Assembly: GCA_041640575.1 (NCBI GenBank)
Contig: JBEPZZ010000060.1
Coordinates: forward strand, 1-10,866
DNA: 10,866 nt
Reading direction: 5' to 3'
Origin: Pseudothermotoga sp.
Lineage (GTDB): Bacteria; Thermotogota; Thermotogae; Thermotogales; DSM-5069
The position numbers and the translations under genes are program-made. A model generated the notes under the pieces. The model made no database searches, was not told where the DNA came from, and saw only the letters and a list, made by a program, of their open reading frames with translations. This document shows positions 1 to 7,638 of this stretch, piece by piece (positions within the stretch are counted from its first letter, which is position 1; the number at the start of each line of letters is the position of its first letter).

Positions 1-606
1 TCGGGATTGGATATTCTTAGAGAGCTTTCCAATATTCCAGAAAGTGGTGCGTTCATTGACTTGCTTAGACAAGCCGAAGGAATAGCAGTTTATCCTGCAC
101 TGTTCAGGATAGGTATCCTTGGAATAGGTGGGCAATACGGTGAAGGATTTGTCTTGCGAAGAGATCCCGCCACGGGAGAATGGTTTGGACCTATTTTTAC
201 AAAGATGACGGGCTTGAGTCTAGGACCACAAATTGGTGTGCAGAGCGTTGGATTAGTCTTGGTTTTGATGAACCGAAAGGCAGTAGAAGCTTTTGCATCT
301 AGCAATGTAACACTTGGGGGCAATGTTAGCGTTGCTGCAGGACCTCTGGGAAGAAGTCTGTCAGCAGATACAGACTACAAGATGCAAGCAACAATCTATT
401 CTTACTCAGTTAGCAGAGGGTTCTTTGCAGGGCTTTCGCTCCAAGGTTCGATTGTTGAAGTAGATGAAGAAGTCAACAGAAATTTCTATGGTAAGGCCGT
501 TTCGGCCTTGGATGTTATAACGAACGTAAAACCAACTGCCAAAGAAGTTTTGGAAATAACAAAGTTCCTAAACAGTTTAATTTATCTACAACCTCCCGAA
601 GTTTAA
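1..606 (+). CDS. Ysc84/SYLF (DUF500) lipid-binding domain protein, 5'-truncated
   Basis: The frame is open from base 1 (TCG GGA TTG...) to TAA at 604-606, so the true start lies upstream of the window. Glycine-rich SYLF-type segments are present: GIGGQYGEG, W-x-x-P...GLSLGPQIG...LVLV, TLGGNVSVAAGPLGR, IYSYSVSRGFFAGLSLQGS and NRNFYG. Confidence 0.85.
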   Translation, partial: SGLDILRELSNIPESGAFIDLLRQAEGIAVYPALFRIGILGIGGQYGEGFVLRRDPATGEWFGPIFTKMTGLSLGPQIGVQSVGLVLVLMNRKAVEAFASSNVTLGGNVSVAAGPLGRSLSADTDYKMQATIYSYSVSRGFFAGLSLQGSIVEVDEEVNRNFYGKAVSALDVITNVKPTAKEVLEITKFLNSLIYLQPPEV

Positions 607-651
607 GTTTTTGTGTTAACCAACTGAATTTCTTTGAGAGTGAGACGAGAT

Positions 652-2625
652 ATGTTTCAACTTGTAAGCGAATATGAGCCTACGGGTGATCAGCCTCAGG
701 CTATAGAAAAACTTGTTGAAGGTATCCACAAGGGTTACAGATTTCAAACGCTGTTGGGTGTGACTGGTAGTGGCAAAACTTTTACAATGGCAAATGTGAT
801 AGCGCGGGTAAACAGACCCGCGCTTGTAATTTCACCGAATAAAACCCTTGCCGCACAACTTTACGGTGAGTTCAAAGGCTTTTTCCCAAACAACAGGGTT
901 GAGTATTTTATAAGCTATTACGATTATTATCAACCGGAAGCATATGTCCCGACAAAGGATTTGTATATAGAAAAAAACGCTGATATCAACGATGTACTTG
1001 TGAGAATGCGAATGTCGACCTTTAAATCAGTGAGAACCAGGAGAGACGTTGTTGTCGTTGCAAGTGTTTCGTGCATCTATGCTTCGGGAGACCCGAAGGA
1101 TTTTGACACAATGAATATCCAACTTTGCGTTGGCGATAAAGTCGACCCACACGTAATTGCGCAAAAACTTGCAAGGATAGGTTACGAAAGAAGTAGCGAA
1201 ATCACGGCAAAAGGGTGTTTTCGTTTGGTTGGAGATGTTCTAGAAATATTCCCTACATACCAAGATGAAGGAATAAGAGTTGAGTTCTTTGGTTCAACTA
1301 TAGATCGGATTGAAACCTTTGACAAATTTAACAGATCAACGATTGAAAACTTTCAAAAGGTGACGATATATCCCGCAATTGAATTCATAACAACAGCTGA
1401 AAAGTTGAAAAGAGCTATTGAGTCCATAAAAATTGAACTGGCTGAGAGACTGAAAGAACTTCGCTCTCAAGGGAAGATTTTAGAGGCTCAAAGGTTGGAG
1501 CAAAGGACAAATTACGATATTGAGATGCTCTCAAATCTTGGTTATTGCACCGGCATAGAAAACTATTCAAGGCACTTTGACGGTAGAGAACCAGGTGAAC
1601 CACCCTATACTCTCATCGATTACTTTGACAAAGATTTCATCGTTTTCATAGACGAATCGCATATAGCAATTCCACAACTAAGAGCCATGTGGCGCGGAGA
1701 ACATTCTCGAAAAAAGAATCTTGTCGATTACGGGTTTAGACTCCCATCGGCATATGACAATCGGCCACTAACTTTCGAAGAGTTTCTCAAAAAGGTTCCA
1801 CAAATAGTTTTTGTTTCCGCAACCCCTGGACCGTTTGAATATGAAGTGAGTGAACAAGTAGTTGAACAAATAATTCGCCCAACAGGTCTAGTTGATCCTG
1901 AGGTCGAGGTACGACCAACAAAACACCAGATAGATAATTTGGTTGACGAAATACGCAAAATTGTTCAGAGAAATGAACGTGCGCTGGTAACAGTTTTGAC
2001 CAAGAAAACAGCAGAAAGGTTGAGCGAGTATTTGACTGAACTTGGAATACGAGCACTGTATATTCATTCCGAGCTTGACGCAATTGAAAGAATAGAGGTA
2101 CTTAAAAAACTTCGTCGCGGTGATGTGGATGTGGTTGTTGGGATAAACTTGCTAAGAGAAGGGTTGGACCTACCAGAAGTTTCCTTGGTTGCTATTCTAG
2201 ATTCTGATAAAGAAGGTTTCTTAAGATCTGAAACGACTCTTATACAAATCATAGGAAGGGTTGCAAGAAATTTGAACGGTAAGGTTTTAATGTACGCTGA
2301 TAAAATCACTCCAGCAATGGAGAAAGCCATAAAAGAGACAAATAGGAGAAGAATGATACAGATTAAATACAATCAAGAGCACGGTATAACTCCGAAAACA
2401 ATCGTTAAACCGTTGGAAATTGAGATCTTCGAAAAGTTCATGGAAAAAGAGGAATTCAGTTACTCAGATCTAGCGAAGAATCTGACGAAAGAAGAATATG
2501 CAGCTTTACTAGAGGAAGAGATGTACAAAGCCGCGAGCGAACTAAGGTATGAAGATGCAGCCAGAATTAGAGACGAGTTATTTAAGATTAGAGAGGAGCT
2601 GAAAAAAGATGCAGGTAATCTGTGA
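652..2625 (+). CDS. uvrB: Excinuclease ABC subunit B (UvrB)
   Basis: Contains PTGDQPQAI, Walker A GVTGSGKT, the beta-hairpin [32 protein letters not shown] and a C-terminal UVR coiled coil ([18 protein letters not shown]). ATG 652 is preferred over TTG 634 because the purine-rich GAGAGTGAG lies upstream and MFQLVSEY is a typical N-terminus. 657 aa. Confidence 0.98.
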   Translation: MFQLVSEYEPTGDQPQAIEKLVEGIHKGYRFQTLLGVTGSGKTFTMANVIARVNRPALVISPNKTLAAQLYGEFKGFFPNNRVEYFISYYDYYQPEAYVPTKDLYIEKNADINDVLVRMRMSTFKSVRTRRDVVVVASVSCIYASGDPKDFDTMNIQLCVGDKVDPHVIAQKLARIGYERSSEITAKGCFRLVGDVLEIFPTYQDEGIRVEFFGSTIDRIETFDKFNRSTIENFQKVTIYPAIEFITTAEKLKRAIESIKIELAERLKELRSQGKILEAQRLEQRTNYDIEMLSNLGYCTGIENYSRHFDGREPGEPPYTLIDYFDKDFIVFIDESHIAIPQLRAMWRGEHSRKKNLVDYGFRLPSAYDNRPLTFEEFLKKVPQIVFVSATPGPFEYEVSEQVVEQIIRPTGLVDPEVEVRPTKHQIDNLVDEIRKIVQRNERALVTVLTKKTAERLSEYLTELGIRALYIHSELDAIERIEVLKKLRRGDVDVVVGINLLREGLDLPEVSLVAILDSDKEGFLRSETTLIQIIGRVARNLNGKVLMYADKITPAMEKAIKETNRRRMIQIKYNQEHGITPKTIVKPLEIEIFEKFMEKEEFSYSDLAKNLTKEEYAALLEEEMYKAASELRYEDAARIRDELFKIREELKKDAGNL

Positions 2626-3376
2626 AGCAGCATTGAAAGCAGGAAAATTTGCCCTGGAGAAGCTTGGAAATATTGAAAGAATAGAAACAAAATCGCGATC
2701 TTCCGATGTTGTCACAGAGGTTGACATGGCTTGTCAGAAAATAATTGTCGAAATCATAGAAGCCGAGTTGAAAAATGCAGAATTCATTTTAGAAGAGGGA
2801 AATGGGGAAAAAAAGATTCCAAATGTTGAATGTGTCTTTGTGGTTGATCCAATAGATGGTACACTTAACTATTCTCATTCCCTACCAATCTTTGGGGTGA
2901 GTATCGCAAGGCTTGATTATGGTGAGATAAACGAAGCTGCAGTCTATATTCCATTTTCGGACGAACTTTTTTACGCCAGGAAAAATTTTGGTGCCTTTCT
3001 GAACGGTAAACAAATTCGTAATGATAAAAATCCCACACTGGAAAATGCTCTGGTTGTTACCGGTATTCCCTATGTGGAAAGTTTGTTTGATTGGACATTT
3101 AAGAGCATCTTCGAAATAGCAAAATTTGTTCAAGAAGTGAGAATTCTTGGTTCAGCTTCTGTGGAGCTTTGTTATTTGGCATCAGGGAGATTGGACGCCT
3201 ATTGGGAAATAGGGTTAAAACCATGGGATATAGCTGCGGGCGCACTTATAGCGAGTGAAGCAGGTGTTCAAATAAGTGGGATAACCAAGGATTTTGATCT
3301 GGAAAGTGGTGAAATCTTAGCAAGTGTAAGGTCAATTCACAAACAACTGAAAAAAATATTGGGGGAGATTCAATGA
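2609..3376 (+). CDS. suhB: Inositol monophosphatase family protein (SuhB-like)
   Basis: Contains DVVTEVD, the EE metal ligands, [17 protein letters not shown] and [17 protein letters not shown] lies at 2593-2598, and the gene overlaps the uvrB end by 17 nt. The family is secure but the exact substrate is not. Confidence 0.88.
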   Translation: MQVICEAALKAGKFALEKLGNIERIETKSRSSDVVTEVDMACQKIIVEIIEAELKNAEFILEEGNGEKKIPNVECVFVVDPIDGTLNYSHSLPIFGVSIARLDYGEINEAAVYIPFSDELFYARKNFGAFLNGKQIRNDKNPTLENALVVTGIPYVESLFDWTFKSIFEIAKFVQEVRILGSASVELCYLASGRLDAYWEIGLKPWDIAAGALIASEAGVQISGITKDFDLESGEILASVRSIHKQLKKILGEIQ

Positions 3377-4023
3377 GGCCAAAACTCATTGTTGAAGGAA
3401 CTGTCGGAGCAGGCAAGACAACTTTTATCAAAACTGTCTCAGAAAGACTCGGGTTAGAACCTCTTTACGAACTTACCGATCCAAAATTAGTCGAAATTCT
3501 TGAGAAATTCTATGCTGATCCTTCTAGATGGGCTTTTCAGCTCCAAGTTTATTTTTTGTCCAAACGATTTGAACAGATGCAAACAGCTCAGAAAAAAATC
3601 AACGTGATAATGGATCGTTCTATTTTCTGCGATCACATTTTTCCGTTAACTTTGTTAAAACGTGGAGAAATGACAAGGATCGAGTATGAGATATACAAAG
3701 AATTACATACAAAATTACTTGAATTCTCCAGCCCACCTAAATTAATGATTTATCTGAAATGCTCGACAGAAACAGCAATAAAAAGAATTGAAAAAAGAGG
3801 TCGGCCTTGGGAATTGCAAATTGATAGAAATTATTGGCAAGTTTTGAACGAATGTTACGAAGAGTTTTTTGCCAGTTATAACCTTTCATCTTTGCTGATT
3901 GTTAACACCGACTTTGTAGGCGAAAAATTCGAAGGAATAAGTGAATTGGTGAAAGAACTACTCAACTCAAAAAGAAGAATCATGTACGAATATGGTGGTC
4001 AGAGAGGTGTCAAGAATGCTTGA
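3373..4023 (+). CDS. Deoxynucleoside kinase 1 (dAK/dCK-like)
   Basis: P-loop EGTVGAGKT, LEKFY...WAFQLQVYFL, DRSIFCD and the lid RIEKRGRPWE are present. ATGA overlap with the suhB stop. Confidence 0.92.
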   Translation: MRPKLIVEGTVGAGKTTFIKTVSERLGLEPLYELTDPKLVEILEKFYADPSRWAFQLQVYFLSKRFEQMQTAQKKINVIMDRSIFCDHIFPLTLLKRGEMTRIEYEIYKELHTKLLEFSSPPKLMIYLKCSTETAIKRIEKRGRPWELQIDRNYWQVLNECYEEFFASYNLSSLLIVNTDFVGEKFEGISELVKELLNSKRRIMYEYGGQRGVKNA

Positions 4024-4678
4024 AATAGTAGTTGAAGGAACTGTTGGTGCCGGCAAAACCGCCCTTGTTGAGATACTTGAGAGGGAAAGAGGAATGGTAG
4101 GTTTTTACGAGATGAACGACAACCTAGCCGACCGAATTTTGGAAAGATATTACGCAGACAAAAAAAGATGGTGTCTAACTATGGAACTATTCTTTTTGCA
4201 TAAAAGATTTCTTCAGGTCAAACAAGCAAGTGAAACTGAAAAAGCAGTTATGGACCGCTCTATGATGGGGGATTTTGTTTTTGTAAGAATGCAAAGAGAA
4301 CTCGGATTGTTGGATGATTTGGAGTATGAGATATACGAAAATTTCTACAAAACTATGAGTCAACTTTTGCCCTCCTGCAGGCTTTTAATCTATATTAGAT
4401 GTAGTGTGGAAACGGCGATGAAAAGAATTTCAAAAAGAGGAAGGCACTACGAAATAAATGTTGAGAAAACTTACTGGCAAAAACTTTGTTCCTTTTACGA
4501 TAAAGTATTTGCAGAATCAAATAATTCAAACGTACTCATAATAGATGGTGATACCATAGATTACGTTGAAAACATAGACCATAAGAATATGACTCTGTGG
4601 GCAATTGATTATTGTCTTGAAAATGCTGGTAAGCACTTTTTATCCATTAATGGATTGATGGAAGCTCAGCTGGTATAA
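4016..4678 (+). CDS. Deoxynucleoside kinase 2 (paralog, possibly different specificity)
   Basis: P-loop EGTVGAGKT, DRSMMGD and the lid RISKRGRHYE are present. ATG 4016 is chosen over 3992 because SD GAGGTG (4004-4009) is 6 nt upstream and the N-terminus then aligns with kinase 1. 8-nt overlap with kinase 1. 220 aa. Confidence 0.9.
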   Translation: MLEIVVEGTVGAGKTALVEILERERGMVGFYEMNDNLADRILERYYADKKRWCLTMELFFLHKRFLQVKQASETEKAVMDRSMMGDFVFVRMQRELGLLDDLEYEIYENFYKTMSQLLPSCRLLIYIRCSVETAMKRISKRGRHYEINVEKTYWQKLCSFYDKVFAESNNSNVLIIDGDTIDYVENIDHKNMTLWAIDYCLENAGKHFLSINGLMEAQLV

Positions 4679-4679
4679 T
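4671..4679 (+). promoter_or_regulatory. Putative sigma70/RpoD extended -10 promoter element (TGnTATAAT)
   Basis: TGGTATAAT is a perfect extended -10. It overlaps the kinase 2 stop codon at the only internal non-overlapping junction of the long gene run. The -35 at 17-nt spacing (TGGATT, 4651-4656) is only a 3/6 match. Confidence 0.6.
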
Positions 4680-4714
4680 TTTGTATGAAGAATATTTTTT
4701 GGGAAGTGATCAAA

Positions 4715-5281
4715 GTGGAAAAGTGGAAAATGATCGGAGAGAAACTGAGGACTGCTCGCGAAGAAAAAGGATTAACCATAGATCAGGTAGCTGAACAGCT
4801 AGCTATACCTTCATGGAAAATCAGAACAATTGAAGAAGGCTTCTTTGATAGGGTTGATGCCCCATTTTACGTAAAGCAATACATCCGTGCTTATGCAACA
4901 TTTTTGGGTCTCAACCCAGATCAGCTTCTTGAAGAGTATGAGCAGAAGAAAGAACAGGAAAAGCCACAAATTTCTACTGTGAACGGAAATTTCTTGAAGC
5001 TGATGCTCTTAGGTGTTTTCGTAGCTGCGCTAATCTTTTTTATCTATTCAGGATACAGCTTTTTCAAAACACTGGGTAGTATGGATCTAAGATTTGTCAA
5101 TCTATCAAAAGAGATCGTTTATTTTGATGGATTACCATTGAATCCCGACGAGTCTGTTATTCTCCAGGTCGGTAAAAGATACAAAGTTACAAACAATAAA
5201 GGTACATGCGCCGTCATTTCTAGGACGAAAGAATGGAGAATCTTAGCGGAAAATTTTGAGGTGATTGTGTGGGGGAAATAA
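4715..5281 (+). CDS. rodZ: RodZ-like cytoskeletal protein (N-terminal HTH, one transmembrane helix, short C-terminal domain)
   Basis: The HTH_25-type region IGEKLRTAREEKGLTIDQVA...IEEG...FYVKQYIRAYATFLGL is followed by the hydrophobic LMLLGVFVAALIFFIYSGY. Its position upstream of rimO-pgsA is the classic one. The start is either GTG 4715 (SD GGGAAGTGA, 4701-4709) or in-frame ATG 4685. Confidence 0.8.
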   Translation: MEKWKMIGEKLRTAREEKGLTIDQVAEQLAIPSWKIRTIEEGFFDRVDAPFYVKQYIRAYATFLGLNPDQLLEEYEQKKEQEKPQISTVNGNFLKLMLLGVFVAALIFFIYSGYSFFKTLGSMDLRFVNLSKEIVYFDGLPLNPDESVILQVGKRYKVTNNKGTCAVISRTKEWRILAENFEVIVWGK

Positions 5282-5907
5282 GGAAAATTGATCTGGTGAA
5301 TCTTGTTATTTTTATCTTTTCTCAAAATGTGGATTACTGGCTTGGTGAGCTTAAAAATGAACTTGAGGAAAGGTTTGGAAATATTGATTACATCTCACTA
5401 GAATTACCTTTTGGAATCTACACTTCTTATTATGATCAAGAAATGGGATCAGATCTCAAAGGGAAATTTTTAAGTTTTGAGAAATTGATCCACCCATCTT
5501 TGCTCGTAGATGTCAAGACCTTCACCAATTGGCTTGAGAAAAAATATGCGGTAGAAGGGAAAAGAAAATTCAATCTCGATCCGGGTTATATTCATCACAT
5601 GAACTTTGTTTTAGCTTCAACAAAACCTTGGGCAAATAGAGTCTATCTTGCAAATGGCATCTATGCTGAAGTGACTTTGATGTACCTCTCAGGTGAGTTC
5701 AGACACTGGGAATTTACTTATCCAAATTATCAAAGTGATGTTTACAAAAAAGAGCTTGAGCAAATTCGAAAACTTTACATGCAAAAACGAAGGGCCTTAT
5801 CAAAGGGTGAGGAAATTGATGAGAATCGGAATAAAAATACTTGGTTGTCCAAAGAACGAGGCGGATTGCAATGTTCTGGAGGCGATACTACGCCAACGAG
5901 GATATGA
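5269..5907 (+). CDS. DUF4416-family protein of unknown function
   Basis: Motifs recalled for DUF4416 are present: TSYYDQEMG, F-x-SFEKLI, RKFNLDPGY, VLASTK, RVYLANGIYAEVTL and TYPNY. GTG start with SD GAGGTGA (5258-5264). The last ~30 codons overlap rimO. Confidence 0.75.
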   Translation: MGEIRKIDLVNLVIFIFSQNVDYWLGELKNELEERFGNIDYISLELPFGIYTSYYDQEMGSDLKGKFLSFEKLIHPSLLVDVKTFTNWLEKKYAVEGKRKFNLDPGYIHHMNFVLASTKPWANRVYLANGIYAEVTLMYLSGEFRHWEFTYPNYQSDVYKKELEQIRKLYMQKRRALSKGEEIDENRNKNTWLSKERGGLQCSGGDTTPTRI

Positions 5908-7117
5908 GATAGTAAAGGATGCTCGCTACGCCGATGCAATAATAATAGATACATGTGGATTTATAGAAGAAGCAAAAAAAGAGGCAATAGACGAAATTCT
6001 TGCATTTGCAGAATACAAGTCAAAACGTGATTTTTTTCTCTGCGTAAAGGGTTGTCTTGTTCAAAGATACGCAGAGCAACTTGTTGAAAGTATACCAGAG
6101 GTAGATGCCTGGTACGGTGTTTTAACACCAAAACAAATAGCTGACGCACTCGAAAAAAGAATAAAATTTCTTGTTACTGATCCTGCCACAGGTTACGAGG
6201 AAGCATTGCGATGTGAAACTGGCAAGGCATTTGCTTACATCAAAATTGCCGATGGATGTGACAGAACATGCACTTTTTGTTCTATTCCTCTTTTCAAATG
6301 CCACTTTAAGAGCCGTACGATCGAAAGTATAGAAAAGGAAGCACTGGAACTCTTAAAGCAAGGTGTCAAGGAATTGATACTTGTTGCCCAGGACACAACG
6401 GCGTACGGCTTAGATCTTTACCGAAAACCCTCACTTCCCGAACTGCTTAAAAGATTAAACAATCTTGCTGGCGACTTCGCAATAAGAGTCATGTACCTTC
6501 ATCCAGACCATTTAAGCGATGAAATCATTGATGCTATTTTAAATCTTGAAAAAGTGTTACCTTATTTTGATATCCCTGTTCAGCATGGGAGTAACGATAT
6601 ACTTGTTAGAATGGGAAGAATAAAGAGCTCGGAACAAATATTAGAAATGGTCGAAAAAATAAGAAGAAAAAATTCAGACGTTGCTATTAGAACCAGCATT
6701 ATTGTTGGTTTTCCTGGCGAAGATGAAGAGCACTTCGAAGCACTATTAGATTTTCTACAAAAAGCAAAATTCGACAGGCTAGGATGTTTTATCTATTCTG
6801 AAGAGGAAGGTACAATTTCGAGCAAATTTGACAAAAAAGTACCTGTGGAGGTGGCGCAACGTCGGCAGGATGAAGTTATGATGTTGCAAAGCCAGATTTC
6901 TGAGGAAAGGTTAAAGCGTTTTAAGGGTAAACAGCTTAGAGTGCTTATTGAATCAGCAACCAAGAGATACTACATTGGTAGGAGTCACTTGGACGCACCA
7001 GAAGTCGATGGAAATGTTTTTGTTAAAAAAAGCAAGACAGTCCCTTTGAATGATTTCTACACAGTGCTCATAACTGAAACTGAAGAATATGACATGAAAG
7101 GAGAGCTAGTACAATGA
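5819..7117 (+). CDS. rimO: Ribosomal protein S12 methylthiotransferase RimO
   Basis: N-terminal UPF0004 cysteines (LGCPKN, DTCGFI, GCLVQRY), radical SAM CDRTCTFC, AQDTTAYG, RTSIIVGFPGE and TRAM-domain DAPEVDG are present. ATG 5819 follows GGGTGAGGA; the upstream extension to 5693 in the ORF track is not credible. 432 aa. Confidence 0.95.
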   Translation: MRIGIKILGCPKNEADCNVLEAILRQRGYEIVKDARYADAIIIDTCGFIEEAKKEAIDEILAFAEYKSKRDFFLCVKGCLVQRYAEQLVESIPEVDAWYGVLTPKQIADALEKRIKFLVTDPATGYEEALRCETGKAFAYIKIADGCDRTCTFCSIPLFKCHFKSRTIESIEKEALELLKQGVKELILVAQDTTAYGLDLYRKPSLPELLKRLNNLAGDFAIRVMYLHPDHLSDEIIDAILNLEKVLPYFDIPVQHGSNDILVRMGRIKSSEQILEMVEKIRRKNSDVAIRTSIIVGFPGEDEEHFEALLDFLQKAKFDRLGCFIYSEEEGTISSKFDKKVPVEVAQRRQDEVMMLQSQISEERLKRFKGKQLRVLIESATKRYYIGRSHLDAPEVDGNVFVKKSKTVPLNDFYTVLITETEEYDMKGELVQ

Positions 7118-7638
7118 ATCTGGCGAACAGTCTAACTCTCTTGAGAATGTTCTTATCAATCCCACTATTTACATTGTTGGTATTTGAGCAATGGAAAGTA
7201 GCATTTTTTCTCTTTGTTTTTGGAGCACTAACAGATTATTTTGATGGCTTAGCAGCCAGGAAACTGAAACAAATGACAGACTTTGGGAAGGTCTTTGACC
7301 AGATTGCAGACAAAGTTTTCGTCAGTTCAACCATGATTGCCATGATACCTATGATTCCACGTTGGTTAGTAGCACTAGTTATTGCGAGGGACACGGTGAT
7401 TAGTGCTGTTCGAATCATCGCGGCAAACCAAGGTTATATAATCCAAGCAAACATCTATGGAAAAGTAAAGACAGCTGTTCAGATGATATTATTAATCGAA
7501 GTTTTGTTTGCAGCTGCTTTCAGAGTTGATTTCGGCTGGTTGACTGTCTTGATGATCTACTTATGTGCGCTCCTTACAGTATTATCATTGTTTCTTTATG
7601 TTTACCAAAACAAAAAGACACTGGGGGGATCTAAGTGA
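7114..7638 (+). CDS. pgsA: CDP-diacylglycerol--glycerol-3-phosphate 3-phosphatidyltransferase
   Basis: MNLANSLTLLR start, CDP-alcohol phosphotransferase motif DYFDGLAAR...GKVFDQIADK, GKVKTAVQM and several hydrophobic helices. SD AAGGAG, ATGA overlap with rimO, and the conserved rimO-pgsA-recA context. Confidence 0.9.
   Translation: MNLANSLTLLRMFLSIPLFTLLVFEQWKVAFFLFVFGALTDYFDGLAARKLKQMTDFGKVFDQIADKVFVSSTMIAMIPMIPRWLVALVIARDTVISAVRIIAANQGYIIQANIYGKVKTAVQMILLIEVLFAAAFRVDFGWLTVLMIYLCALLTVLSLFLYVYQNKKTLGGSK

Noticed and set aside
626..641. Possible LexA box upstream of uvrB (GAAT-N6-GAGAGT)
   Set aside because: It only partly resembles the GANT-N6-GANNAC motif I recall for Petrotoga LexA, and the terminal AC is missing. 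The motif is too degenerate to call.
607..651. Terminator or promoter between the SYLF gene and uvrB
   Set aside because: There is no GC-rich stem with a U tract and no credible -35/-10 pair, only a 6-bp GTTAAC palindrome.
3373..4678. Kinase pair as an anti-phage nucleotide-depletion or toxic-nucleotide system
   Set aside because: No deaminase, HAD or effector partner and no defence-island or mobile context is visible. The genes are tightly coupled to core genes, and ordinary salvage explains them.
4712..4730. Tandem AAAGTGGA x2 at the rodZ start
   Set aside because: There are only two copies of 8 nt, explained by the codons for V/M-E-K-W-K in A-rich DNA.
5693..5818. 42-aa N-terminal extension of RimO in the ORF track
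   Set aside because: It lies inside the conserved DUF4416 coding region. RimO homology starts at MRIGIKILGCPKN (5819), which has its own SD.
2609..7638. IMPase plus CDP-alcohol phosphotransferase as a di-myo-inositol-phosphate pathway
   Set aside because: No inositol-1-P synthase or cytidylyltransferase is present, and the transferase has PgsA features and sits in the standard rimO-pgsA-recA context.
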